Shown: positions 49,679-59,733, counted from the first letter of the stretch. The stretch is 64,000 bases of DNA from Nitrospirota bacterium (GCA_049325335.1 JBMOMC010000045.1:154898-218897); one strand, 5' to 3'. The notes: generated from the letters alone by a model not told the origin. Numbers and translations are program-made.

Positions 49679-52074
49679 GATTTTCCCTCCATCACAGGGC
49701 GGGCGGGGAAATACGTTCCCCGTTGATCGCCGAAGATAAACCGTGGCTTGAAGATGATCATGAGGGCGCGTAAGAAGAACAGGGCGAAGAACGCGCTCAC
49801 CGCCATCGTCGCCGTCACCATATTCGAGAGCTGGTTATAAAACGCGAAGTCCGACACTTGCAGAACCGCGTAGCCGCCGATGATCGATAACGCCACGAAC
49901 AGAATGGCCTTGCCGGAGGTCAACATGGAGTTGCGGGTCGCGGTCAGGACGTTACCGCTGCGGACGAGCTCCTCGCGGAACCGGAACAGAAGATAAATTT
50001 CGTAATCTGCGCCAATACCGATGGCCATGGCCGCTGTCGTCATCGCGGTGATGTCGAGCGGGGTATGTAGCCAGCCCATCAATCCGAAGTTCGCGATCAT
50101 CACCGCGAACAGCGGTATGACCACGAAGAGACCGCCCACCAGCGAGCGAAATACGATAGCGCCCAGGGTGAAGACCACCACGGTCATCTGCACCATATTG
50201 CGGAATTTGTCTTTGACGATGACGTCGTTCAGCGCGATCATCTGTGGCAGGCTCCCGCCCATCTGCACGGTGACCCCGGGCGGAAAGCTCTTGGCGATCA
50301 TCGCCTGGGCTTTTTGCGCGAGAATATCGGCGCTCGTGGTACTGTCATTCTTGATAAACGTCCAGATGCTCGCACGCCGGTAATCGTTGTCCACGAAACT
50401 GTCAAAGTCCTGCGGATCACCTGAGGTCGAATACAGAAAGAGATATTGCGCGACCAGCTCGCGGCTCTCCGGGACGGTATAGAACGCCGGGTTGTCCGCA
50501 TGCATCGCCTGATTCATGCGCTTGATCAGGTCCACCAGCGATTGCGTCTTGCCGACGTCCGGTTGGGTCTCGAGGAAGGCCTGCAACTGTGCCATTCCCC
50601 GCAATACCTTGGGATCTTTTATTCCATCCTGTTCGGGCGCTTGGATCAGGAACTGAATGGAGTTGGTGCCGCCAAATGTCTGGTTGAGCGCCCGGTCATC
50701 GACGCGCAGTTGGCTCATTGGTTTGTGGTAGAGCTTGAAGTTGTTGTCGATGCGCAGGAATGCCGTGCCGGTTCCCACCAGCGCGAGCAGCGCGAGTCCC
50801 CCGCCGACGATCCACGGCGCGCGCCCGCCGACGAGATTATTGGCCACCCCGAGCAGGAACCCGTCCACTATGCCCGCCGCGCGTTCGCGCTTGGCTTCGC
50901 GAGTTTTCGGCGGACGCAGCATCGAACGCACCACCGGAATGACGGTCATCTCAAGCACCATGGTGGCGAGCACACCGCAGCCGGCAAACACACCGAAGTG
51001 CTGTACCATGGGGATGCCGGTACCCGCGAGCGAGAAGAAGGTAATCACCGCAATCAAGCCCGCCACGATCATCACCGGCCCGACACGGACCATCGATTCC
51101 ACCACCGCCGCACGGTTGGCATCGCGCGCGTTCATGCCGGTGGCCTGTAGTCGGCTATATTCCTCGTAATAACGCTTGAGGATCTGGATCGCGTGACCGG
51201 CGGCGACCGCCAGGATGAGAATGGGTGTCGTCGTGTTGAGGGGATCCAGGTGCACGCCCAGCAGCCCCATCAACCCCAGGCCCCAGATGACGCTCAAGAT
51301 ACCGGTCAGGATCGGCAGCAGCATCCCCTGGACACTGCGGAACGACCAGTATTGGATGAGCATGATGACGAGCAGCGCGGCGCCGAAAAACATCGGCATT
51401 TTCATGAAATGAGTGTCCGCCGCCGCACCGACGAGGGGTAGTCCGCCGAGGTAGATATCCACCCTGTCGTCGCGTTCGCGATCGACGATTTTGCGGAGCC
51501 CCTCGGTTAGCACGATATAGTTCGGGGTTTTTTCGCCCTGTTTGAAATCCGCGACGACCGCCGCCGCCTTGCCGTCCGGCGACACCAGGGCGTTGATATA
51601 AATCGGCATCAAGGCGACCGCGGCTTTGAGTTTCTCCATCTCCGCCGGCGCTTGCGGCACCGTCTCCATCATCGGACGTACTTCCATGCCCTCGGGTCCG
51701 CCCTTGATCGACTTAATCTTGTGCGCGGCGAGGCTCAGGATGTTGTGCCGAACCGCCTCCGGCAACTGCTCGATCCCTTCCTGGATACGTTTGATCTTCG
51801 CCAGTACCTGCGGCTGGTAAATGTCTCCCTGTTTGGGAACGATACCGATCACGGTATAGTTCTTGCCGCCGAAGGTTTTGTCCAGCAGGTTCGTCGTCTC
51901 GACATAGACATGCTTCTGGGGTGCCCAGAGATCCGGATTGGTGTCCATCTGGAGGTTGCCTATGCGGGTCACTAAAAAAGCGGTGATGCCCAAGATCACG
52001 ATGATGACGAGAAGGCGATGAGCAATGATCCACTGCGCATAGGGACGGAAAAAACGAGATTTAACTACTTCCAT
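49675..52074 (-). CDS. MMPL/RND family transporter (copy B)
   Basis: 799 aa; two periplasmic domains, ~12 TMs, GIGADY, SGKAILF. Confidence 0.9.
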   Translation of the reverse strand: MEVVKSRFFRPYAQWIIAHRLLVIIVILGITAFLVTRIGNLQMDTNPDLWAPQKHVYVETTNLLDKTFGGKNYTVIGIVPKQGDIYQPQVLAKIKRIQEGIEQLPEAVRHNILSLAAHKIKSIKGGPEGMEVRPMMETVPQAPAEMEKLKAAVALMPIYINALVSPDGKAAAVVADFKQGEKTPNYIVLTEGLRKIVDRERDDRVDIYLGGLPLVGAAADTHFMKMPMFFGAALLVIMLIQYWSFRSVQGMLLPILTGILSVIWGLGLMGLLGVHLDPLNTTTPILILAVAAGHAIQILKRYYEEYSRLQATGMNARDANRAAVVESMVRVGPVMIVAGLIAVITFFSLAGTGIPMVQHFGVFAGCGVLATMVLEMTVIPVVRSMLRPPKTREAKRERAAGIVDGFLLGVANNLVGGRAPWIVGGGLALLALVGTGTAFLRIDNNFKLYHKPMSQLRVDDRALNQTFGGTNSIQFLIQAPEQDGIKDPKVLRGMAQLQAFLETQPDVGKTQSLVDLIKRMNQAMHADNPAFYTVPESRELVAQYLFLYSTSGDPQDFDSFVDNDYRRASIWTFIKNDSTTSADILAQKAQAMIAKSFPPGVTVQMGGSLPQMIALNDVIVKDKFRNMVQMTVVVFTLGAIVFRSLVGGLFVVIPLFAVMIANFGLMGWLHTPLDITAMTTAAMAIGIGADYEIYLLFRFREELVRSGNVLTATRNSMLTSGKAILFVALSIIGGYAVLQVSDFAFYNQLSNMVTATMAVSAFFALFFLRALMIIFKPRFIFGDQRGTYFPARPVMEGKS

Positions 52075-52145
52075 TTTTGACCTCCCGGTCTGATAACATG
52101 ATTGAAAGATCGCGACTCACGGTCCTGCGTCTACTCCGCCGTGAA

Positions 52146-53015
52146 CTACTGCAGCGCCGCGATGTGATCCTTTGCCCACTGTTCGAGGGTGCGTGCCGGA
52201 CGGCCTAGCACCTCGGCCACTGTCGACGTCAGGTGGTTCGTTCGTCCGGCCTTGATACCCTCCGCGAAGTAACAAAGAACCGACTCCACCACGGGCGGCG
52301 GAGCTCCAGCGCTCAGCATCTCCTGGCGCCACGTCGCCTCCGGTACGTCAACGAACTTCAGCGGCTTGCCTGTTACGGCCGAGACTTTTTGCACCACCTC
52401 GGCGAAGCTCAGCAGCTCCGGGCCAGTCAGTTCATAGATCTTTCCCTCGTGTCCGGGCGTCGTGAGCGCCCTGACCGCCACCGCGGCAATGTCGTGTGGA
52501 TCGATGGGCGCTTCCTTGCCGTTACCCACCGGGAAGAACAATCCGCCCCGTGGAACGATCCCGAACTCGATCAAATTCGAGTCGAAAAATGTGGGCCGCA
52601 AAATCGTCCAGGCGATGCCGAGGGCGCGCAGCCGCTGCTCGCCCTCGGTGTGCCATTTTCCGAAGGGGGCCTTGGCCAAAAAAGTCGTAATGCCGCTGAT
52701 GCCGGAGAGTTTGACGATATGCTTGACGCCTGCATGCTTCGCCGCATCGAAAGCGTTTCCTTCAAGTTCCAGGAACTCAGGGCCATTAACCGGCGCGAGA
52801 ACAAACGCCTTGTCTACGCCGGCGAACGCCGCCGTAAGCGTTTCAGGTTTTGAAAGATCGCCCTTCACGACTTCAACGCCTGTGCCTAATTTCTGTGCCT
52901 TTGCTAAGTCGCGTACTAGCGCACGCACTCGGTGGCCGCCCTGAACCAGTTGTTTGACGGCTTCGCTGCCGACGTTTCCCGTTGCTCCAGTAACTAAAAT
53001 TAACGGATTTTTCAT
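52146..53015 (-). CDS. NmrA-like NAD(P)H-binding oxidoreductase
   Basis: ILVTGATGNVG, WTILRP, IDPHDIA, YELTGPE. Confidence 0.88.
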   Translation of the reverse strand: MKNPLILVTGATGNVGSEAVKQLVQGGHRVRALVRDLAKAQKLGTGVEVVKGDLSKPETLTAAFAGVDKAFVLAPVNGPEFLELEGNAFDAAKHAGVKHIVKLSGISGITTFLAKAPFGKWHTEGEQRLRALGIAWTILRPTFFDSNLIEFGIVPRGGLFFPVGNGKEAPIDPHDIAAVAVRALTTPGHEGKIYELTGPELLSFAEVVQKVSAVTGKPLKFVDVPEATWRQEMLSAGAPPPVVESVLCYFAEGIKAGRTNHLTSTVAEVLGRPARTLEQWAKDHIAALQ

Positions 53016-53063
53016 TTTCTATTGTCCTGTTCTTTAAATGGTTGTTGAATATTCTTCAAATAG

Positions 53064-53810
53064 TTAAATCGAGAAGCCGCCATCCACATTGATGGTCGTG
53101 CCCGTGATGAAACCCGAAGCGGGTGCCGCCAGCAGCGCCACGACGTCGGCGATCTCCGACGGCTGGCCAACGCGGCCCACCGGCATCATCTGCCGAAGTT
53201 CCTCAAGGAACTTCGGATCGGCGCCAAGGAGGGCCTCTGTTTCAATCGGGCCAGGCTGCACGCAATTGACCGTGATCTGCCTCGGTGCGAGTTCACGCGC
53301 CCAGGCTCGCGTCAGGCCGGCAACGGCGGACTTCGTCATCGCTATGAGGCTGAGTCCTGGCGCCGGTGCATGATCGGCGCTGACGGCGCCGATATTGATG
53401 ATGCGGCCGCCCGGACTCATCACGCGCGCGGCGGCGCGCCCGGCGAAGAACACGGCGCGCACGTTGACGTTTACCATGCGCTCGAACTCCTCATCGCTGG
53501 TGTTCTCCAGCGGTTTGGTGAAGAAGACGGCTGCATTGTTCACCAGGATGTCGAGCCGTCCGAGACGCGCGACGACCTGGGGCACCACGGCCGAGGCGGC
53601 CCTGGCGTCGGCGGCGTCGGACTGGAAAGCTTCGCCGCGTACGCCCTTCCCCTTGATCGTGGCGACGACGCGTTGCGCCGCCTCGGTCGATTTGACGTAA
53701 GTAATGGCGACATCAGCGCCGTCGGCGGCAAGCCGCTCGGCAATGGCGGCGCCGATACCGCGGCTGCCGCCCGTGACAAGGGCTACTTTGCCACGTAGAG
53801 AACCACTCAG
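53064..53810 (-). CDS. Classical SDR oxidoreductase lacking a canonical start (CTG start or 5' lesion)
   Basis: The frame is open upstream of the listed ORF through KVALVTGGSRGIG to a TAG at 53840; no ATG/GTG/TTG precedes the Rossmann motif. Confidence 0.7.
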   Translation of the reverse strand: MSGSLRGKVALVTGGSRGIGAAIAERLAADGADVAITYVKSTEAAQRVVATIKGKGVRGEAFQSDAADARAASAVVPQVVARLGRLDILVNNAAVFFTKPLENTSDEEFERMVNVNVRAVFFAGRAAARVMSPGGRIINIGAVSADHAPAPGLSLIAMTKSAVAGLTRAWARELAPRQITVNCVQPGPIETEALLGADPKFLEELRQMMPVGRVGQPSEIADVVALLAAPASGFITGTTINVDGGFSI

Positions 53811-53888
53811 ATCAGACCCCTTTTCTTTGAAGGGCAGCTAAACGTATTCGTCATTTCAAATTCTCCTAAGTAATCGTTAGGGGTTACG

Positions 53889-54464
53889 TCATGCGTCGGC
53901 TCTCAACGCCTTGACCCATTTCGTGAGGCGTGCGGTTTCTCTCAGCATCAGCTTGGGATCCTTGAAGGTATTCGTCAGCAAACTCGCGCCTTGCAGCGCT
54001 GAAACAAGATGCAACGCGTGATCGGAAGATTCTTTCCCCGAGCCCAGCAGACGAAATTGCGCTTCGAGCCACCCAAGCAGCGCCGAGAACATGCCCGCGG
54101 CCTTGTCCGCCAGCGGCCCGCCTTCCTTGTGCAGTTCCTGACAGAGACTGCCGGTGGGACAACCGCTTTGCGCGACTATTTCACGGTTGTCGGCCACCGC
54201 TTTGATCGAGGCCAATATCCTCGTCCGGGGATCAGGCAGCTTGTCCCACTCGCTAAATTGGCTTTGGTAACAATCCGTGCGGAGCTCGATCAGGGCGCGA
54301 CCGATGTCCTCCTTGGTTTTGAAGTAGTAATACACGTTGCCCAACGGTACCTTGGCTTCTTGAGCGATATCCGCCAGCGTGGTTTGATTGAAACCCTGCT
54401 GCTGAACCAGCTTGTTCGCTGCCTCGATCAGGCGTGTACGCTTATCAATTTTTGATTTTTTCAT
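53889..54464 (-). CDS. TetR family regulator
   Basis: N-terminal HTH (GFNQTTLADIA...LGNVYYYFKTK), GCPTGSL. Confidence 0.92.
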   Translation of the reverse strand: MKKSKIDKRTRLIEAANKLVQQQGFNQTTLADIAQEAKVPLGNVYYYFKTKEDIGRALIELRTDCYQSQFSEWDKLPDPRTRILASIKAVADNREIVAQSGCPTGSLCQELHKEGGPLADKAAGMFSALLGWLEAQFRLLGSGKESSDHALHLVSALQGASLLTNTFKDPKLMLRETARLTKWVKALRADA

Positions 54465-54479
54465 AATCTAAAATATATT

Positions 54480-54527
54480 AGTTAGTTAACTGACTTGTAT
54501 CATAGGCCAGAAATATCAGTCTGTCAA
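54480..54527 (-). promoter_or_regulatory. Promoter and palindromic operator of the tetR-SDR-nmrA-RND unit
   Basis: TTGACA, 17 nt, TATGAT (54527-54499); palindrome AGTTAGTTAACTGACT (54480-54495). Confidence 0.75.
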
Positions 54528-54554
54528 TCCGGCCTTGCCGTTTTATGAGGAACG

Positions 54555-54722
54555 GATTCAATCACGTAAGTGCCAGTCGACGACCTCGGACCGGATCAGC
54601 GTGTGCCGATAGAGATCGACCCTCGGCAGCAGGATGTCGTCGGCAATGAATGAAACCGCCCACGCGGCAATGAAGGCGACAATCCTCACACCGGATTCCG
54701 GTACCCGTCCTTTGCTCGTCAT
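54555..54722 (-). pseudogene. Deleted and truncated paralogue of the LolA-like gene
   Basis: MTSKGRVPESGVRIVAFIAAWAVSFIA joined directly to DDILLPRVDLYRHTLIRSEVVD, then frameshift and stop. Confidence 0.85.
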
Positions 54723-57133
54723 GATTTTCCCTCCATCACGGGGCGGGCGGGGAAATACGTTTCCCGTTGATCGCCGAAGATAAACCGCGGCTTGAAGATC
54801 ATCATCATCGCGCGCAGGAACAAGACGGCCGAGAGCGCGCTGACGACCATCGTCGCGATCACCATCACCGCCAAGCGGCTGTAAAACCCGAACCCGGACG
54901 TCAACAGCACCGAATAGCCGCCCGCCACCGACAGCGCCACGAAGAGGATGGCCTTGCCGGAGGTCAGCAACGAGTCACGCGTGGCCGCGAACACGTTCCC
55001 CGTTTTGGCCAGCTCTTCGCGGAACCGAAAGAGCAGGTAGATTTCGTAGTCGGCGCCGATGCCGATCGCCATCGACGCGGTCGTCGCCGTGCCCATGTCG
55101 AGAGGGATGCCGAACCACCCCATCAGACCGAGGTTGGCCAGGATGACCATCGCCAGCGGCGTCACGACGAAGAGGCCGCCGACGACCGAGCGCAGCACCA
55201 GGCTGGCGAGCAGCAAGACGACCACGGCCATCTGGATCATGTTGTGGAATTTCTCCCGCGTCATCACCTCGTTGATCGCCATCGTCTGGGGCATGCTCCC
55301 GCCGATGCGGACGGTGACGTTCGGAGGGAAGCTCTCCGCGATGACCGGTTGCGCCTTGCGATACAGCCCCTCGGCATAGGCCGTGCTGTCGTCCTTGAGA
55401 TACACCCAGACCACGGCCTTCTGGTAGTCATTGTCGACGAAGCTGTCGAAGTCTTGCGGATCGCCGGAGACCGAGTAGAGGAAGAGGTATTGGGCGATCA
55501 GATCACGGTTGTCCGGGATGACGGCGTACGCGGGATCGTCCGCGTGCACCGCTTGGTTCATCCGCTTGATCAAATCCGCGAGTGACTGTGTCTTGCCCAC
55601 GTGGGGCTGCTGTTCGAGAAAGGTCTGGAGCGTGGCCATCCCCTGGAGAACCTTGGGGTCCTTCACGGCATCTTGGCCCGGTCCCTCGATGATGAAAAAG
55701 AGCGATTCGCTGCCGCCGAACTTGGCGTTGAGGATCGCGTCATCGCGGCGAACTTCGCTGTCCGCCGCGTTGTATCGTTTCAAGCTGTTGTCGGCACGGA
55801 GCGTGGTCATCCCGAATGCCGCCAGCACGATCAGGCCGATCCCCGCGCCCAAGATCCACGGCGCCCGGCCGCCGACGAGTTGATGGGCCAGTCCCGACAA
55901 GCCGCGATCGAGCCATCCGGCCCGCTGCTCGCGCGTCACCTCGCACGCTTTCGGGGGAGACAGCCACGAGCGCAGCGCGGGAATCAACGTCAGTTCCAGG
56001 ATCATCGCGCAGAGGATGCCCGAGCCCGCGAAGGTCCCGAAGTGACGGACGACCGAGATGCCGGCAGTCGTGAGCGAATAGAACGTGATCACGGCGATCA
56101 CGCCGGCGATGAGCATCACCGGTCCGACCCGCGTGAGCGATTCCACCACCGCCGCGCGGTTGGCCTCGCGCCGCTGGAGGGGCGAAGGAATCCCGTCCCT
56201 CCCTCCGATCAACCGATGATACTCTTCGTAGTACCGTTTAAGGATCTGAATCGCGTGCCCGGCCGCCACAGCCATGATCAAGATCGGCGTGGTCGTGTTC
56301 ATCCCGTCCATGTGGACGCCCAAAAGCCCCATCACCCCCAGCCCCCAGACCACGGACAGCAGCGCCGTGACAATAGGCAGGAGCATCCCTTGGAAGCTAC
56401 GGAACGACCAATACTGAATCGCCATGATGATGAGCAGCGCGAGACCGAAGTACATCGGCATCTTGAACATGTAGAACTCGAACCAGGCGAGTTGCACGGG
56501 GAGACCACCGAGGTGGATGGCGACGCGGTCGTCGCGCTCACGGTCCACGACGGCGCGAACGGAGCGATAGAGCGCCGCGTAGCTCGGCTCCGCCTTGTTC
56601 ACCTTGAAGTCGGCGATCACGGCCGCGGCCTTGCCGTCCGGTGAGACCAGGGCGTTGAGGTAAATCGGGTTGGACGCCACCGCCTGTTTTAGCCGGGCCA
56701 GTTCTTCCGGGGTCCGAGGGAACGGCTCCAGCATCTGGCGAACCTCCATGCCGTCCGCCGTGCCCTTGATGTCCTTGACCTTTCGCGCCGCCAAGCTCAG
56801 CGTGTTCCGCCGGTTCGCCTCCGGGATGGTCTCGATCCCGTCCTGGATCCGTTGAATCTTTTCCAGGATCTCGGGCTGATACACGTCACCCTGCTTGGGG
56901 ACGACCCCGATGATCATCACGTTTCGCATCCCGAAGACCTCTTCGAGCTGCTTGGTCGCTTTGGCATAGGGATGCGCCTGGGGCGTCCACAGGTCGGGGT
57001 CCATGTCGATCTTCAAGCTCCCCAGGCGCGAGGCGAGCAACGCCGTGACGACAGCGATGGCCAGGATGACCCCGAACCTGTGGTTCACGATCCACGTGGT
57101 ATAGCGACGGAATAGGTCGGACTCGGTTTTCAT
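54719..57133 (-). CDS. MMPL/RND family transporter (copy A)
   Basis: 804 aa; colinear paralogue of 49675-52074. Confidence 0.9.
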   Translation of the reverse strand: MKTESDLFRRYTTWIVNHRFGVILAIAVVTALLASRLGSLKIDMDPDLWTPQAHPYAKATKQLEEVFGMRNVMIIGVVPKQGDVYQPEILEKIQRIQDGIETIPEANRRNTLSLAARKVKDIKGTADGMEVRQMLEPFPRTPEELARLKQAVASNPIYLNALVSPDGKAAAVIADFKVNKAEPSYAALYRSVRAVVDRERDDRVAIHLGGLPVQLAWFEFYMFKMPMYFGLALLIIMAIQYWSFRSFQGMLLPIVTALLSVVWGLGVMGLLGVHMDGMNTTTPILIMAVAAGHAIQILKRYYEEYHRLIGGRDGIPSPLQRREANRAAVVESLTRVGPVMLIAGVIAVITFYSLTTAGISVVRHFGTFAGSGILCAMILELTLIPALRSWLSPPKACEVTREQRAGWLDRGLSGLAHQLVGGRAPWILGAGIGLIVLAAFGMTTLRADNSLKRYNAADSEVRRDDAILNAKFGGSESLFFIIEGPGQDAVKDPKVLQGMATLQTFLEQQPHVGKTQSLADLIKRMNQAVHADDPAYAVIPDNRDLIAQYLFLYSVSGDPQDFDSFVDNDYQKAVVWVYLKDDSTAYAEGLYRKAQPVIAESFPPNVTVRIGGSMPQTMAINEVMTREKFHNMIQMAVVVLLLASLVLRSVVGGLFVVTPLAMVILANLGLMGWFGIPLDMGTATTASMAIGIGADYEIYLLFRFREELAKTGNVFAATRDSLLTSGKAILFVALSVAGGYSVLLTSGFGFYSRLAVMVIATMVVSALSAVLFLRAMMMIFKPRFIFGDQRETYFPARPVMEGKS

Positions 57134-57200
57134 GGGTACCCTCCATTATCTACGGACTTCTGAATGATTCGTACAGCATTCACAATCTAGGCAAAAAAAA

Positions 57201-57806
57201 TCAGCGCTTGGCCAACCCTCTGATCAGGAGCTTGACCACGCCACGGGCCAGCCGATCGAGCTCATCGATCGACTGCTTGCCGAGCATCATCAGCGGCGTG
57301 CAGAACTTGGCCGTGGCCATCTGGATGAACTCGGCCGCAGTCACGACGTCCGGCACGTCGAACTCTCCGGTTCGATTCCCCTCCGCGAGCACCTCGGCCA
57401 GCAGCGCACGGTTGGTGTCCAGGTGACGCTGGACGAGGTCCCAGTGCTCCTGGGCGATGACGTCGACCAACTCGCTGATGCGCGGATGATGGCAGAATTC
57501 GTCATACACGCAGCGCATGTTCTCGAGGACGAACGTTTCGAGCCGTTCCTTCGCGGAGAGCCCGGGACGCCGGACGACCTCCCGCCAGCGCCGCTCCTTG
57601 TCCGCAAAGTGCCGCGCCGCGATCCCCGCGCCGATGTCGGATTTGTTCTCGAAATACCGGTAGAGATTGGCCGCCGACATCTTGCAGTCCTGGGCAATTT
57701 CAGCCATCGTCGTCTTCTGAAACCCGTGCAGGGCAAACCGCGTCCCGGCAGCATACAGGATTTGGTTCTTGACGTCTTCGGGAGTAGAGACCGAGGCCGG
57801 TGTCAT
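57201..57806 (-). CDS. TetR family regulator
   Basis: GFQKTTMAEIA...SAANLYRYFENK; start taken at MTPASV. Confidence 0.9.
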   Translation of the reverse strand: MTPASVSTPEDVKNQILYAAGTRFALHGFQKTTMAEIAQDCKMSAANLYRYFENKSDIGAGIAARHFADKERRWREVVRRPGLSAKERLETFVLENMRCVYDEFCHHPRISELVDVIAQEHWDLVQRHLDTNRALLAEVLAEGNRTGEFDVPDVVTAAEFIQMATAKFCTPLMMLGKQSIDELDRLARGVVKLLIRGLAKR

Positions 57807-57813
57807 GCTTGCC

Positions 57814-57894
57814 AAGCTACACCAGACCAAAGTAAACTGTCAACAGATTATTTAGCGTTTACCATGACGAGACCACCATACTGCGTCTCATCAT
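57814..57894 (-). promoter_or_regulatory. Leaderless-type promoter and upstream inverted repeat for the TetR gene
   Basis: TTGACA, 18 nt, TAGCTT ending 7 nt before ATG 57806; IR ATGACGAGAC...GTCTCATCAT at 57864-57894. Confidence 0.5.
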
Positions 57895-58047
57895 TCATTC
57901 TCCTTTCAGATCTCGAGCTTCAGGCCGGACCAAACAGAGTCAACCCCAGACTTTGGTGCCGACCAACCCGAGTGCCAACGCAACGGCACGCACGACACAG
58001 TCGCCAATGATGCTCGTTCGCGATTAGAAGGTTCCTTCGGCAGCATG

Positions 58048-59319
58048 TCAAGTGAAAGCCGCCTCCCCAGAAACTGATCTGAGCTTTTCCAGCAGAAACC
58101 GGCGCTCCGGTTCGGTACAGGTACAGGCCAGGGCACGGCGGTAGCCCCCTGCGGCCTGTTCCTTGTCACCTATCTCGCGCCACAATTCGCCTTGGATCGC
58201 GGGAAGGAGGTAGTAGTCTCGAAGGATCGGATCGTGTTGCACGGCTTCGATCGCGCGCAGTCCGTGGAGCGGACCTTTGAGCCGCGACAGGGCCGCAGCA
58301 CGGTTGAGGGCGACGACCGGGGTGGGCTTCGTGGCGTAGAGCTGGTCGTACAGCTCGACGACGTACCCCCAATCCGTCGACTCGTAGCTGGATGCGGTGG
58401 CATGGCAGGCCGAAATACCCGCTTCCAGGTGGTAGGCGCTCAGTTCGCCGCCTTGCGCCGATCGCTCAAGATGCAGGAGTCCGCGGTCGATGAGCTGTCG
58501 ATCCCAGCGCGAGCGATCTTGCTCGCCCAACAGGAGGAGGTCGCCGCCGGTATCCACGCGCGCCGGGAGCCGTGAGGCGTGCAGACACATCAGTGCAAGA
58601 AGCGCGTGGGTCTTGGGACAATCGGTCCTGAAATGGCTGGCGACAAGGCGACCCAAGCGGATGGCTTCCTCGCACAACTCGGCGCGCACAAGGTTCTCGC
58701 CACCGTGAGCCGTGTATCCCTCGTTGAACAGCAAGTAGAGGACCTCCAGCACCACGTCCAGCCGTCCGGCCAATTCAGCCCCTGACGGGACGTCAAACAC
58801 GATCCGCTGCTCGCGAATCATTCGTTTGGCCCGCACCAAGCGCTGCGCGATCGTCGTCTCCTTGGCGAGATAGGCACGCGCGATCTCTTCCACCCCCAGG
58901 CCAGCCACAGTCTTAAGCGTAAGCGCCACTTGGCTCTCCCGTGGAAGGTCGGGGTGACAGCACATGAACATCATCGCGAGCTGGTCGTCCAGTACGGCTT
59001 GGCCCGCGCCCTCCGATGCCGCGGGCCATCGCGCAGCGAGTTCGACGGACTTCTCTTCAAACGATGCCTCGCGGCGTATCAGGTCGAGCGCGCGGTGTTT
59101 AGCGACCTGGATCAGCCACGCAGTGGGATTCTTCGGGACACCGTAGAAAGGCCACTGATCGAGCGCCTTGATCAACGCGTCTTGAACGACGTCTTCGGCC
59201 AGGTCGAGTCGATCCGCGCCAAAGATGCGGGTGAGCGTGGCGACCATCCGCCCCGCCTGATGACGGAACAGATGGCCAACCAGCCCCTCCGCGTCACGAC
59301 TGTCTCGTGCCGGCACCAC
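58048..59319 (-). CDS. ECF sigma factor with C-terminal TPR extension (ECF42 type)
   Basis: Sigma2/sigma4 regions, FMCCHP, LYLLFNEGY, QDRSRWD, PVVALNRA. Confidence 0.9.
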   Translation of the reverse strand: MVPARDSRDAEGLVGHLFRHQAGRMVATLTRIFGADRLDLAEDVVQDALIKALDQWPFYGVPKNPTAWLIQVAKHRALDLIRREASFEEKSVELAARWPAASEGAGQAVLDDQLAMMFMCCHPDLPRESQVALTLKTVAGLGVEEIARAYLAKETTIAQRLVRAKRMIREQRIVFDVPSGAELAGRLDVVLEVLYLLFNEGYTAHGGENLVRAELCEEAIRLGRLVASHFRTDCPKTHALLALMCLHASRLPARVDTGGDLLLLGEQDRSRWDRQLIDRGLLHLERSAQGGELSAYHLEAGISACHATASSYESTDWGYVVELYDQLYATKPTPVVALNRAAALSRLKGPLHGLRAIEAVQHDPILRDYYLLPAIQGELWREIGDKEQAAGGYRRALACTCTEPERRFLLEKLRSVSGEAAFT

Positions 59320-59325
59320 CCCTCC

Positions 59326-59658
59326 TCAGCAGGGCTCGATCTCGCGCACCTCGATCGTGCCCCCCAACTCCAAGTTGGGGCAATCGCGCGCGAGTTGGAC
59401 GGCCTGGTCGTAGTTGGCCGCCTCGATCATGAAGTACCCGCCGATCACCTCCTTGGCCTCCGCGTATGGGCCGTTCATGACCGTGACACCCCGCATCACG
59501 CGACCGTCTCGGTGCAATTTATTGGCGTCAACGAGCTTGCCAGTCTGTTTGAGCGTGTCGCTCCAAATCTTGTACTTCTGGATGATCGCCTGCATCGCGT
59601 CCGGACTGAGGTTCGTGACCTTTGGGGCTTCGTGCAGCAAGAGCAAATACTGTGGCAT
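59326..59658 (-). CDS. YciI/DGPF family protein
   Basis: NGPYAEAKEVIGGYFMIEA...IEVREI. Confidence 0.88.
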   Translation of the reverse strand: MPQYLLLLHEAPKVTNLSPDAMQAIIQKYKIWSDTLKQTGKLVDANKLHRDGRVMRGVTVMNGPYAEAKEVIGGYFMIEAANYDQAVQLARDCPNLELGGTIEVREIEPC

Positions 59659-59733
59659 GGGGGGCTCCCTTCGAGCGTAGTGGATCCTCTCGGCGGTCCC
59701 GGGTGCTCCCGGCCTCTCCGCCGTCGCCTTTTA

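Noticed and set aside
53820..53830. Programmed -1 frameshift at AAAGAAAAGGGG joining the leader ORF to the SDR
   Set aside because: No X_XXY_YYZ heptamer in the correct frame and no evident stimulatory structure.
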